A stretch of DNA of 64,000 bases from Candidatus Hydrogenedentota bacterium (GCA_963745075.1 CAVUWV010000036.1:333813-397812); one strand, 5' to 3'. Counted from the first letter of the stretch, positions 52,857 through 63,252 are shown. Notes: a model not told the origin generated them from the letters alone. Numbers and translations are program-made.

Positions 52857-55760
52857 CTACCTGGCAATGGTAAATTTTCTGGTAAGTTCTCCTGCACGGA
52901 GAAAATAGATACCCGGCTGGCCAATCTGGCTAACAGGAACTGTAAATTCATCAGCAGCCACCTTGCTTTGAAAAACCACAGATCCCAGGACATTGTAAAT
53001 GGTTATCCGGTAATTTTTCTTATTAAAACGGATATGGACTGCTTCAGTAGCCGGATCAGGGGAGATAAGAACATGGCCATTAATGGCAGTAGCGCCAATC
53101 CCTGTATAGGGTGATACGGTAAGCTCCTGAGTAACATTGGGAGCAGCGTTATACTGATCGTCTCCTGGCTGATGAGCGGTAATGGTAGCATTACCTTCTC
53201 CTTCAACGCTTATCATGTTATTCAATATTTTAGCCACTGTAGTATCTGAACTGGTGAAGGAAACCTGCAACCCAGAGCTGGCAGTTGCAACGGGGGAAAA
53301 ATCGGGGTCTCCAATAGTTTTATCAGGTAAGGGGAAAAAAGTAATAGTCTGGTTTGCCTTTGTAACGGTAAGATTCTGGCTGACAGGATCCGCAGCATTA
53401 TAGATATTATTACCACTCTGAGAAGCAGTTATAGTGGCTGTTCCAACGCCCTCAATCTGAATTTTGTTATTATAAACAGATGCAACCTCAGTATCTGAAC
53501 TGGAATAGGAAACAGCAAGTCCTGAACTGGCTTCGGCTGCCGGTACAAAAGCAGCATCAAGAATTGTTTTATCCTGCAATGATGGAAAAGTAATGGTTTG
53601 ATCAGCTTTCAGCACATTCATTGTGCGTTTAACCCATTCGGCAGCATTGTAATTTGCATTCCCCTGTTGGGTAGCAGTAATGGTAGTAGAACCGGTGCTT
53701 TTAAGCTGTACCTGACCATCCCGGGTGATGGTGGCTACACTCAGGTTGGAGCTGTATAATTGAACAGGTAATTCAGAACTGGCACTTGCAGGAATAGTAA
53801 TCGGTTCCGGATCATAAACAACATCACTGATAGAATCCATTGTAATAACCTGATCTGCTTTGGCAACAACAAAGGTATCAATCACCGGTTCAGCCGGTTT
53901 GTATACAGTATCCCCGTCCTGATAAGCAATAATGCTGCAGGTGCCGGCTCCAATGACCTTTACTGTATCACCATTCACTTTTGCCACACCGGGGTTCATA
54001 CTGGCAAAGCGCACCGGTAACCCCGAAGTAGCCGATGCTGTAATTACAAAACTGGTATCTTTCAATGCCATGTCAGGAATACCATCAAATTGCACAGATT
54101 GGGCAAGCAGGCTGGTATCCTGTTCAACCAACAGATTAATTACCGAATAACCCGGCATAGTAAGCATAATATCACCCTGTATGGTATCGCCATAAGGCAT
54201 CATAGTGGCATAATCTGCCGGTCCGCCAATTGACAGGTCGCCAGTCTTGCCATTTACATATACCTTAGGTGAAAAATCCCCATTGTCAGTTCCGCCGGTT
54301 AATAAATAGTAATAATAATGACTGCCGGGCTTAAAATCTTTCATTTTCACTGATACTACCTGGGACGACGAGCCTTTATTTATCAACACGACACCACTTT
54401 GCCCGGAAGAGAAATCAGAGGCAAAACTCACCACATCAGTACTTCCGGAAACGGAGGAGTACACCATTCGGTCACCAAAATATTTCTGAAAATAGTACAT
54501 ATAAAAAAATGGTGCTCTCGGAGTGTATCTTGGTATTCCGGGTTCCCCGTCAGCAAGCAAGCCGTGGTTGTCACCATTGTTCCAGCCATTTACCAAATCC
54601 CACCTGCTGCCCTGACCATATTGTTCTTTAATAAGCTCACCCAATACAAGGGATGCATGCATTCCATTTATATAAGAAACACCCTGACCCGAACCGGTAG
54701 CAAAAATATTCCACTCGGTAAGTGCCATGGGAAGCGGATCTTTGCCCGCAGCTTTCATACCATTGTCTATATAAGTTTTGATATCAGCTGAAGCAGTATA
54801 CGAATTCAGGATAGTAGAAATACCTGAGTTTTGATCATAAGGTGTATGATAACTGTGCACTATAATGAAATCAGCCATGTCTCCCACCTGTTTCATCATG
54901 CCTGCGTTCCAGTTCTGCTGCACTGCATCCCAGGTAACAGGCTGATCCATGGCTACCACGCCAATTTTTATATCATTACCCACCTCTTTGGCAGCCTTAC
55001 GCATCTCTTCAATAAACACGCGACAGTGTTTGCCATACAAGTCGCCTGAAATAGTTTTGGGCTGCCCGTCCTTATTAAGCGACTGGTCGATGGTATAACC
55101 TGTTTCCCAGTTCCCGAAATTCTCGTTTCCGATTTCCCAGTAACGGGTGCGGCCATTATCATAACGCACCCAGTCGGCTGCATATTTGGCCGCCGTCAGT
55201 ACCGGATCCTCACTGGTGCTGTATCGCGCATATGCATAATTAACAGTAATCATTCCGGTTGAGTTGGTTTTTTTCAGCAGATCGTAATAAGCATCCAGCG
55301 GCATGGTCCAGCTGTCTTTGTTGGCACCATAAAAATTGTCGCTGTAAGTAAAATCCGGAGGCAAATCACCCGGACAGGTAGCTTTGCTGGTGGCGTTCCA
55401 GAAATAATCATTGGACAGGTTCCCGCCAGGCCATCTGATTATATGCGGATCCAGTTCTGAGAGATCTTTCACCACCTGGTCATACTGGTTCAGCTTACCT
55501 CCCCATACACCAGCATTCTGGCCATACACATATTTGCTTACTTTGGACAGTACCGAATCAGCATCTACTGTAACGGTAACCGTTGCAGGTTGTGTAACCG
55601 GTTCAACCGTATCAAAAGCTGTTACTTCAATGGTTTTCGGTACCCAGTTGTCATTAAAAAAGCCTGGATGACTGCTTTGTGCTTGTACGATAGGTGTGAC
55701 ACAAAGTGTTGTGCATAAAATCAGGATGATGCTTTTTGTTTTAAGTAGAATTGTTTTCAT
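52857..55760 (-). CDS. Secreted clan GH-A (GH51/GH44-like) hydrolase with four Ig-like repeats and a T9SS C-terminal domain
   Basis: RWPGGN, YWEIGNE, LTEWN; repeated Q-T-I-T-F...A-S-S-G-L-x-V...G-x-A-T-I-T-A-x-Q-x-G units; C-terminal PDPA...IYNVLG...PGIYF. Confidence 0.75.
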   Translation of the reverse strand: MKTILLKTKSIILILCTTLCVTPIVQAQSSHPGFFNDNWVPKTIEVTAFDTVEPVTQPATVTVTVDADSVLSKVSKYVYGQNAGVWGGKLNQYDQVVKDLSELDPHIIRWPGGNLSNDYFWNATSKATCPGDLPPDFTYSDNFYGANKDSWTMPLDAYYDLLKKTNSTGMITVNYAYARYSTSEDPVLTAAKYAADWVRYDNGRTRYWEIGNENFGNWETGYTIDQSLNKDGQPKTISGDLYGKHCRVFIEEMRKAAKEVGNDIKIGVVAMDQPVTWDAVQQNWNAGMMKQVGDMADFIIVHSYHTPYDQNSGISTILNSYTASADIKTYIDNGMKAAGKDPLPMALTEWNIFATGSGQGVSYINGMHASLVLGELIKEQYGQGSRWDLVNGWNNGDNHGLLADGEPGIPRYTPRAPFFYMYYFQKYFGDRMVYSSVSGSTDVVSFASDFSSGQSGVVLINKGSSSQVVSVKMKDFKPGSHYYYYLLTGGTDNGDFSPKVYVNGKTGDLSIGGPADYATMMPYGDTIQGDIMLTMPGYSVINLLVEQDTSLLAQSVQFDGIPDMALKDTSFVITASATSGLPVRFASMNPGVAKVNGDTVKVIGAGTCSIIAYQDGDTVYKPAEPVIDTFVVAKADQVITMDSISDVVYDPEPITIPASASSELPVQLYSSNLSVATITRDGQVQLKSTGSTTITATQQGNANYNAAEWVKRTMNVLKADQTITFPSLQDKTILDAAFVPAAEASSGLAVSYSSSDTEVASVYNNKIQIEGVGTATITASQSGNNIYNAADPVSQNLTVTKANQTITFFPLPDKTIGDPDFSPVATASSGLQVSFTSSDTTVAKILNNMISVEGEGNATITAHQPGDDQYNAAPNVTQELTVSPYTGIGATAINGHVLISPDPATEAVHIRFNKKNYRITIYNVLGSVVFQSKVAADEFTVPVSQIGQPGIYFLRAGELTRKFTIAR

Positions 55761-55924
55761 ATTGGTTAGTTAGTATATAACATCGGGGTTGCCTTCAAAG
55801 TTAACGAAAAATTGCAGCTGAATGTTACCTGCATACATTATAATGAAATTCCGGAATCTTAATAATAATATCGATTGACAGAAAACTAACCGGATTATCT
55901 TCAAGAGGATTAAAACAGAAAAAC

Positions 55925-58900
55925 TTAGCGGATAATTAGTTTAACAGTTTCTGCACCGGCATTATTCACGGCTTGCACGACATAGATTCCTGGTGGAAAG
56001 TCAAGCACAAGTTCAGCATTACTGACCTTCTTCTGAAAAGTTTTCTTAAGCAGCTCCCTGCCATGGGTGTCATAGATTTTTATAGCATAAAAAGGAAAAT
56101 TCGATGAAATAGCCACATTTTTTCCTGCAGGATTCGGGAAAAGATATAAAGTATTTTTTCCCAGAGACATATCTTTTACGGCTGTATACTCAATTGTATT
56201 CTCTATGTTATAGTCACTAAACGGCTGAAGCTTCCCATTGTGAATACTCATCACAGATTCGCCGGTATACGAAACATTTATTGTATCACCGTATTCAATT
56301 GCAGGAGTAAAAACAAGCCTAAGTGTATCTCCGGCAACATCAACAGATTCTATAGTAACGGGAACACTGTCCAGGGTAATTTCAAAATCGTTCATTGCTC
56401 CCTGATCAATCTTTAATCTTCTGTCAAACACCAGATCAATAAATCTGTATTCGTTCCCATCACTTTCTATTACTGCTTCTTTTATCTGAGGCGGATATCC
56501 TGCTGTGGTATTCACAATCTGCCTGCCAGTAAATTTTTCCAATGCGCCACCATTAGCAGCTTCCAGCAGGGTACCTGAATAGGACAATGTAACTGTATCC
56601 TCAAAATAAATCCGGTGTTCGGGCATTAGTATCAGAACTGCAGAATCACCCTCCAGTAGATTGGCATCTGCAACGTTCAATTCTTCATTGTCATTAATCC
56701 AAATTGAAAAATCATTAGTATAATCTGATGGATTATTCATTTTTTTATTCAGCGAAACCCAGACAGTATCCCCTTCATTTCTGGTTTCTATTGATTTAAT
56801 AACAGGTGGAGCCCCAGGAAGCAGATTGTCAACATACCTGTTACGGAATGGATACATTGTAAGACTGTCGGCAGTCACAATAGTGCCCGGAACATAGGAG
56901 ACTGTAATTTTTTCAGTATTGAGTACCGGTTTAGCCAATGAAACAATTAACAAAGAAGAATCGTTGGGAGCCAGGTCAATATTGTTCACGTGTATTTCCG
57001 AGGTATCATTGACTTTTACACTTAAACCTGCAGGCAATGAAGGTTTGAGAACTGAACCTGAGATTTGTAGTTCAAGCTTGTTGGTGTCTGTAAGTGCAGC
57101 TGAAACAAATTCAGGAGGAACCTGAGAAGTAAATTTAATCCATTTAAGAGCGAATAATCTTTCATTTTCAGCCCCCTTAAATCTAAGATAAACATCATGT
57201 CTGCCACTAACATATTTTACCGGGAAGGAAAAGGTTTTGAAAGAATTCCAGTCTCCTGTAGGCGTTACAGGACATTCAGCAATTTGTCGACCATTGATGG
57301 AATCCAGCCAAACTTCAACTGTTCCGCCATTACCTCCGCAGGAAGCCGTTAACTCTATTGAGTGCGGAGCTTTAAGATATTCCCTGTTCCCGAATTCTAC
57401 ACCTGCATATAGTGCCCAGTCATTGTTTTGTATATCATCCAGCTGATAGATACCATCTTGCTTATTTGCACGAACTGTTCCGTATTGATTTGCCGGGCAT
57501 TCAGCCAGGATCGGTGAATAAGCATCGCGATAAATGTAATAATCAAAATAAGCAGTACTTCCCGATACAAAAAGTCCCTGACGGGTTCCTGTAAACGATG
57601 AAAAATCGGAATAGGAGTCAATAGCTGAAATATCAAAACTGTTACCTACCTTAATCCATTCATTGCCATCAACACTGTAGTACCCACTAATACTGTGATT
57701 CACCCTGAACATCCTGAGCCAAACTGTATCACCTGCTGTATTGGGTGTCTGGTAAACAGTGCTGTTATAGCTGAAAGAAATTATTTGCTGATTGTTTTCA
57801 TCAACCGTGCTGCAAAGTTTTACCATGCTTTTTTCATCGCCCCTTATAATTCTAAGGCCTGCCTGATCGTTGGAAGAAGCTGGATTAAAATCCACTTTTG
57901 TTACAAGTGCATAATTATGTTCGCCATCATTTTTGATAACTGTATTCGGTTTGTTCCGGTTCTTTGCTGTGAGACGCAACCAGCCCGGCCTGTCGGTTAG
58001 TGAATACGAAGCGTCGGGAGTATATCCCAGGAATGACCATTCGGGATTGAGTTGTACCGTGTCGAAAAAATCAGATTTCGGCACCATCCAGGGTATTCCG
58101 CTATCCGGTAGTTTAGGGGCTGAAAAAGCCTTATTCACAGGATAATCAGCAGTTGGTTTTCCATTACTGTTGTAACGCACCTGATTGAGCAGTCCCTGTC
58201 TGCCCTGCCCTTTCCATTCACCTTTGGCATAGAGCGGATGAATTACCCAGCTGGTACTGTCATCAAGCAATACAGCAGCAGAAGCATGATTTGGGCTTGT
58301 AAACAAAGATCCAGGCTTTAACGGATCGTATTCATTAAAAAAATCGCCGAGCAATTGCCAGTCATCCTGACTGGCAGTAAGTGTATCACTTCGCATCACT
58401 TTTTGTCCTCCGCTAAGATCCCTGGCAAAAGAATAATAATAATATCCCTTGTATTTCCACATTACAGGTCCTTCTGCCCAGCTGTATGGATAGTCAGGAG
58501 AAGGGTTGAGCCAGCTCAAGTTATATACTACTCCGGTTGGCTGACCGTCGTCTCCAAGTTCAACAATTCCATTATTGGGCTGACCGTTTTTAACAACCAG
58601 ATACCATTTGCCATTATCATCAATAAAAACCGAATTGTCATATCCCAGACCATAAGGCAGACTGGACGGATTGTTTACCTTAACAGGATTACTCCAGGGA
58701 CCCCGGGGATTATCAGCTGAAACAAAATACATGGTATTGGCACGTGAAAAGTAATCCCAGTATTTACCATTGTAATAGACCATTTGTCCTCCCCAGCAGC
58801 CACCACCAGGGCGATCATCAAAACTACTCCAGGAAGCTTTTACCGGCTGGGCAATGGCTTCCCAATGAACCAGGTCGGTTGAATGATAGATGACTGGTGT

Positions 58901-59086
58901 TACGTTAAAAGAGGATCCTGTAGTATAAAAATCGTTTCCTATACGAGTAAGTGTAGCATCCGGATGGTCGCCCGGAATAACAGGATTCATGTAGGTTGAA
59001 AAAGAAGGGGATTGTGCCTGAAGAACAGCCGAAAGTGCTATTGAAAGGGATAGCATCCAAAAAATTCTTAATACATTAAATTTCAT
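55925..59086 (-). CDS. Secreted GH43 hydrolase with CBM6-like module, surface repeats and T9SS C-terminal domain
   Basis: NPVIPGDHPD, YHSTDLVHW, WAEGP; TGDWNSF..GRHDVYLRF (CBM6-like); FPNPA..IYDTHG..PGIYVV. Confidence 0.85.
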   Translation of the reverse strand: MKFNVLRIFWMLSLSIALSAVLQAQSPSFSTYMNPVIPGDHPDATLTRIGNDFYTTGSSFNVTPVIYHSTDLVHWEAIAQPVKASWSSFDDRPGGGCWGGQMVYYNGKYWDYFSRANTMYFVSADNPRGPWSNPVKVNNPSSLPYGLGYDNSVFIDDNGKWYLVVKNGQPNNGIVELGDDGQPTGVVYNLSWLNPSPDYPYSWAEGPVMWKYKGYYYYSFARDLSGGQKVMRSDTLTASQDDWQLLGDFFNEYDPLKPGSLFTSPNHASAAVLLDDSTSWVIHPLYAKGEWKGQGRQGLLNQVRYNSNGKPTADYPVNKAFSAPKLPDSGIPWMVPKSDFFDTVQLNPEWSFLGYTPDASYSLTDRPGWLRLTAKNRNKPNTVIKNDGEHNYALVTKVDFNPASSNDQAGLRIIRGDEKSMVKLCSTVDENNQQIISFSYNSTVYQTPNTAGDTVWLRMFRVNHSISGYYSVDGNEWIKVGNSFDISAIDSYSDFSSFTGTRQGLFVSGSTAYFDYYIYRDAYSPILAECPANQYGTVRANKQDGIYQLDDIQNNDWALYAGVEFGNREYLKAPHSIELTASCGGNGGTVEVWLDSINGRQIAECPVTPTGDWNSFKTFSFPVKYVSGRHDVYLRFKGAENERLFALKWIKFTSQVPPEFVSAALTDTNKLELQISGSVLKPSLPAGLSVKVNDTSEIHVNNIDLAPNDSSLLIVSLAKPVLNTEKITVSYVPGTIVTADSLTMYPFRNRYVDNLLPGAPPVIKSIETRNEGDTVWVSLNKKMNNPSDYTNDFSIWINDNEELNVADANLLEGDSAVLILMPEHRIYFEDTVTLSYSGTLLEAANGGALEKFTGRQIVNTTAGYPPQIKEAVIESDGNEYRFIDLVFDRRLKIDQGAMNDFEITLDSVPVTIESVDVAGDTLRLVFTPAIEYGDTINVSYTGESVMSIHNGKLQPFSDYNIENTIEYTAVKDMSLGKNTLYLFPNPAGKNVAISSNFPFYAIKIYDTHGRELLKKTFQKKVSNAELVLDFPPGIYVVQAVNNAGAETVKLIIR

Positions 59087-59154
59087 AGTGAGTTATGTAG
59101 CAGATTAGATAACAAAGATAATGAAAATGTTTGCAAAGGATAAGAAATGGGTCA

Positions 59155-60234
59155 TCACTGTCCCTTATAATATTTTCTTCTAAACCAGAAAGCAACATTA
59201 ACAAGGGCAATCATTACCGGGACTTCAACCAGCGGTCCGATAACGGCGGCAAAGGCTTCCCCTGAATTCATTCCGAAGACAGCTATAGATACTGCGATGG
59301 CCAGCTCGAAATTGTTGCTGGCGGCGGTAAATGATAAGGTAGTGGATTGTGCATAACCAGCCCCCATCTTTTTACTCATAAAAAAAGAAAGTACAAACAT
59401 CACAACAAAGTACACCAGAAGCGGGATGGCAATCAGCACGACGTCACCAGGTATCTCAATTATATATTCACCTTTCAGGGAAAACATTACAATGATCGTA
59501 AACAGAAGAGCGATTAGCGTAACTGGACTAATCTTTGGAACAAATTTACATTGATACCAGGATTTACCTTTTGCCCGGATGAGGATGAAGCGACTAAGGA
59601 AACCAGCGATGAACGGAATCCCCAGGTAAATGAAAACGGTTTCCGCAATCTGCCCAATGGTAATGTTTTCCACAGCAGTATTGGTTGGTATGCCAAACCA
59701 GCCAGGCAATACAGCAATGAAGAACCATGCATATACAGAGAAAAACAACACCTGGAAAACAGAATTAAAAGCTACCAGTCCGGCGGCATACTGCGCATCT
59801 CCCTTTGCCAGGTCGTTCCAAACGATGACCATGGCAATACAACGTGCCAGACCGATCATAATGATACCGTACATATAAGGCAGATTGGCATTGTTTTCAC
59901 CAGGAAACAGCTTAAAAAACAGGATATCCAGTGCAAACATCAGTACCGGTCCGATGATCCAGTTCTGCACCAGTGACAGGGAGAGGATTTTGTAATTTCT
60001 GAACACATCCCCCAGTTCCTCATATTTCACTTTAGCGAGTGGCGGATACATCATCAGGATGAGGCCGATGGCAATCGGCAGATTGGTAGTGCTTTCCGGT
60101 GATGATTTGAGAGAATCCCAGAAGGCCGCAATACCCGGAAAAAAATATCCTGTCAGGACACCAATGGCCATGGCGAGGAATATCCATACAGTTAAATACC
60201 TGTCTAAAAATTTAAGTCTGGGTTTTGAAGGCAT
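59155..60234 (-). CDS. acr3: ACR3 arsenite efflux transporter
   Basis: [53 protein letters not shown]. Confidence 0.95.
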   Translation of the reverse strand: MPSKPRLKFLDRYLTVWIFLAMAIGVLTGYFFPGIAAFWDSLKSSPESTTNLPIAIGLILMMYPPLAKVKYEELGDVFRNYKILSLSLVQNWIIGPVLMFALDILFFKLFPGENNANLPYMYGIIMIGLARCIAMVIVWNDLAKGDAQYAAGLVAFNSVFQVLFFSVYAWFFIAVLPGWFGIPTNTAVENITIGQIAETVFIYLGIPFIAGFLSRFILIRAKGKSWYQCKFVPKISPVTLIALLFTIIVMFSLKGEYIIEIPGDVVLIAIPLLVYFVVMFVLSFFMSKKMGAGYAQSTTLSFTAASNNFELAIAVSIAVFGMNSGEAFAAVIGPLVEVPVMIALVNVAFWFRRKYYKGQ

Positions 60235-60291
60235 GGTTAGATTAATTTTAATTTTGAGTTACCCTTATCTGCTTTATTTGACCTGAGAAAT

Positions 60292-60595
60292 TTAACAACA
60301 AGCGGTTTTGCCATCTCCGGAACAATCACAAGAGGGTTCTGAATTGGAGAGTATTCCATTTATAACAGCAGCTGCACAACCTACACCTGATTTTACATAA
60401 ATGGCATCATAACGGCAATTTTCAGCGCAAGCACCACATTCCATACAATCATTGACATCGATGATGCATGCTTTTTTCTTTAATCATTTCAAACACTCCA
60501 TGTGGACAAACTATGGCACACATTCCGCAACCTGTGCAGCGTTCAGTATTCAGTTTTAAGCTGACAACGTTTTTCAGATATTGTAAATTCTTCAT
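60292..60595 (-). CDS. hgcB: HgcB 2[4Fe-4S] ferredoxin; +1 frameshift in the A6 run (60472-60477)
   Basis: Manual translation with one A removed: MKNLQYLKNVVSLKLNTERCTGCGMCAIVCPHGVFEMIKEKACIIDVNDCMECGACAENCRYDAIYVKSGVGCAAAVINGILSNSEPSCDCSGDGKTACC. Has the CMECGAC motif, GVGCA and terminal CC; starts 1 nt after the hgcA stop. Confidence 0.9.
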
Positions 60596-60596
60596 A

Positions 60597-61622
60597 TTAA
60601 ATGAGTTTCATGTAGATATAAACAGACAGACCTGCCAACACAAATGCGATTTGGAAAGGGATGGCCCATTTCATCTCTTTTCTGACACCTGATAACGAGG
60701 TATAAGTAGATGAACCGGTAAAATTCATTGTCAGCCAGGAGGCCAGACTGATGTTAATAAGTCCCATGGCAACAGTTTCCAAAAGTGAGGTTCCCAACAG
60801 AGAATTTAGAGCCAGTGTAACAGCTACAGCCCAGACAGCGCCCTTTAATGCAAATGCTCTGAGGGGGATCCAGGGTAAGAATACGGGAGCCAGCACAATA
60901 CCAGCAAGGTAAGCAGCCAACACGTTTAGTACAGGGATATATCCGGTTTTCAGCATTTTAAAAAAAATGAAGCCATCCTTGTCAAGTCCCGAAATAAAAA
61001 ACAAGATACCTATTACAAGTAGCAGCTTTAAAATATTGCTGGCAAAATCAACCGGGATCACTTTAATTCTGTCAGAAAATAAAAAATTCACTTTTCGCAT
61101 TTCAGGTACCGCCTTGTAACCAGCATCAATAAATGATTTTATGTCACCCGCTCTGATTGGTCCGTATTTTACACGAAAACCACATAATTCTTTAACTTTA
61201 TGTGCAGCAATACCCGGAGCACCCAATTGGGGGACGATTACAGTCCGATGGTTGACAATATTTTCCAATCCCGTATTTTTAATACTTCTGACCAGATTAT
61301 CTGTACCAAAGGTTCCTTTTCCTGCAGCACACCAAACATTTATCCCATTGGTATCCAGGACGAGTATCCAGGCGCTGATACCCCCGAGATTTTTCCTGAG
61401 CACATCAAAAGATAATTTGTAATTTGAAGTAACAAGTACATCGGCCTCTGCATCAGGATTTCCTATTCGATAGATGCCGGGGTCAATTTTATACCTGTCG
61501 CGTTGAATGCCCCACCGCACTTTAAAAGCACCCCAATAATCAGATGCATTTAAGGTTGCACTTATTGCCGGAACAGATGTTATAACCGGTTTCAGAGACT
61601 GCAGATCGACTTCAAAACTCAT
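60597..61622 (-). CDS. hgcA: HgcA mercury-methylation corrinoid protein
   Basis: Cap helix GINVWCAAGKGTFG, VLVTSNYKLSFD, PQLGAPG, YGPIRA, C-terminal TM helices, NFTGSSTYTSLSGVRKEM. Confidence 0.96.
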   Translation of the reverse strand: MSFEVDLQSLKPVITSVPAISATLNASDYWGAFKVRWGIQRDRYKIDPGIYRIGNPDAEADVLVTSNYKLSFDVLRKNLGGISAWILVLDTNGINVWCAAGKGTFGTDNLVRSIKNTGLENIVNHRTVIVPQLGAPGIAAHKVKELCGFRVKYGPIRAGDIKSFIDAGYKAVPEMRKVNFLFSDRIKVIPVDFASNILKLLLVIGILFFISGLDKDGFIFFKMLKTGYIPVLNVLAAYLAGIVLAPVFLPWIPLRAFALKGAVWAVAVTLALNSLLGTSLLETVAMGLINISLASWLTMNFTGSSTYTSLSGVRKEMKWAIPFQIAFVLAGLSVYIYMKLI

Positions 61623-61661
61623 CAGAATATTTATTGTTTTTAATCATTTCAGTTTGATAAT

Positions 61662-62090
61662 TCAATTCCGTTCCCTCTTTATTTCAGCTTTGTACAATTC
61701 AAAAAATCTGCTTCTTATCTCATCTCTTACCCTCCGAAATTCAGACATCACAAACTCATCAGTACCAGTGGCATTTGAAGGATCCTCAAAACCGATGTGC
61801 AGTCTGGTTTTTACCTTTCCCAGAAAAGCAGGGCAGGTTTCATTGGCATGGTCGCAGACAGTGATTACATAATCCCATTCGTCACTGAGATATTGATCGA
61901 CCCTGTGAGGAGTATGGTTACTGATGTCGATACCAGCCTCCAGCATGACCTGCACAGCTTTCGGATTTACCTGAGCAGCCGGTTCAGTACCGGCTGACCG
62001 GACGGTAATACTGTTATCAAATGATTGCAGAAAACCATGGGCCATTTGGCTTCGGCAACTGTTGCCTGTACAGAGGATTAGTATTTTCAT
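61662..62090 (-). CDS. arsC: Arsenate reductase (LMW-PTP, thioredoxin-type)
   Basis: LCTGNSCRSQMA P-loop, VCD..A.ETCP resolving cysteines, FEDP. Confidence 0.92.
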   Translation of the reverse strand: MKILILCTGNSCRSQMAHGFLQSFDNSITVRSAGTEPAAQVNPKAVQVMLEAGIDISNHTPHRVDQYLSDEWDYVITVCDHANETCPAFLGKVKTRLHIGFEDPSNATGTDEFVMSEFRRVRDEIRSRFFELYKAEIKRERN

Positions 62091-62097
62091 TTAAATT

Positions 62098-62433
62098 CTA
62101 TTTTTTACAGTAATCTTTTGAAGTATCAATCTGGTCGATAAAAGTTTGAAATACCTGTTTTAGTTCGTTGAGTCGGGCAGGGTTCAAACAGTAATTGGTT
62201 CTGGATCCTTCAGTGGTACCCACGATCAGTCCGGCAGCCTTTAGCTCTTTCAGATGTTGATTTACAGTAGTACGACTGAGGGGTAACTCTTCAGAAATAT
62301 CTCCTGTTATACAAACTTTGGTATCCGAAAGGTATTTCAGAATTGCCAGACGAGCCGGATGAGCCAGTGCTTTGCAGAAAGAGGCACATACCTGCAGCTC
62401 ATTTTGAAATAATTGCGTTTTTGCATACACCAT
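62098..62433 (-). CDS. arsR: ArsR/SmtB-family repressor
   Basis: KALAHPARLAIL..LPLSRTTVNQHLKELK..GL..NYC; five Cys; ATG at 62433. Confidence 0.9.
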   Translation of the reverse strand: MVYAKTQLFQNELQVCASFCKALAHPARLAILKYLSDTKVCITGDISEELPLSRTTVNQHLKELKAAGLIVGTTEGSRTNYCLNPARLNELKQVFQTFIDQIDTSKDYCKK

Positions 62434-62448
62434 AGCAAACAAAATTTA

Positions 62449-62493
62449 TGACGCAAATATACGTCAATTTTTGAAACATAACGTATAATTACG
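62449..62493 (-). promoter_or_regulatory. Putative ArsR operator(s) overlapping the -7 promoter element
   Basis: Inverted repeat TGACG-CAAATATA-CGTCA (62449-62466) encloses minus-strand TATATTTG; second imperfect site CGTA-TAAT-TACG at 62482-62493. Confidence 0.7.
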
Positions 62494-62502
62494 ACGCTTT
62501 TT

Positions 62503-62533
62503 TAAAAAAATGGTCCTGCCATAAGGCAAGACC
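62503..62533 (-). terminator. Intrinsic terminator after the FmdE-like gene
   Basis: GGTCCTGCC-ATAA-GGCAAGACC hairpin followed by a T-run on the minus strand. Confidence 0.7.
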
Positions 62534-62560
62534 ACAATTTATAATTCTTAGCACTAATAA

Positions 62561-63163
62561 TTATTTAGCAGCGCAATCGATACATACTTTTTTATCATCT
62601 TTAATTCTGCCGTATTCAGTAACGGTCATTTCACCGCATTCTTCGCAGACGAAACTGTTGAAGCTATGTGGATGCTCTTTGAGGTCATAATCAAAAACCT
62701 CTGAGATGTTTATCAGTTTTTCCAAAGGGGCTCCCATCACATTGACAACCAGCGGATCTACAACTGTATCAGGCACTTTACTGGCGGGAATACCTTTTTC
62801 CCGGTAATCTTTGAAAAATGAGGTTTGTTTGTTTGCCAGCATGGCTTCGGCTTTTGGAGTTACTCTTACAGCCTTTTTCGTTGCTTTGTCAATAACAGTG
62901 ACTGCCCATTTCCCTTTATGGGTCTTTTTAAGATTCCCCTTGCCGAAGGTGGTTCCCAGCATAACCTGTAATCCGTCTGCATAACAAGTGGCACAATGGT
63001 CATCACCCAGGTCGGCAATGGCAATTACCTGGCCGTCTTTTGCACGGTCAATGCCCAGTTTGTTAAGTGCTGCTGCGCCCACTCTTAAGCCCATTGGCAT
63101 TGCCGGACATTTGTGTCCGTGAAATTTCTGCCCGAATTCGAGCCATTCTTTTGGATCTACCAT
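62561..63163 (-). CDS. FmdE/FwdE-family protein with C-terminal Zn finger
   Basis: FHGHKCP, C..DGLQ...GTTFGKGNL, GKWA, CEECGE...CIDC. Confidence 0.85.
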   Translation of the reverse strand: MVDPKEWLEFGQKFHGHKCPAMPMGLRVGAAALNKLGIDRAKDGQVIAIADLGDDHCATCYADGLQVMLGTTFGKGNLKKTHKGKWAVTVIDKATKKAVRVTPKAEAMLANKQTSFFKDYREKGIPASKVPDTVVDPLVVNVMGAPLEKLINISEVFDYDLKEHPHSFNSFVCEECGEMTVTEYGRIKDDKKVCIDCAAK

Positions 63164-63252
63164 GATTTTTTGTTTTAAAAGTTCATAAATATATATATTG
63201 TCTGTCCCTGAAAATTTTTCAGGATATCTATTTTAAATTCATTTCTGTAGCA

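Noticed and set aside
60465..60485. Programmed -1 frameshift in hgcB at AAAAAAG
   Set aside because: Repair needs a +1 shift and the heptamer is not in the X XXY YYZ phase.
60597..61622. Acetyl-CoA synthase corrinoid subunit (CdhE/AcsC)
   Set aside because: The Cys-containing cap helix, TM C-terminus and adjacent CMECGAC ferredoxin identify HgcA.
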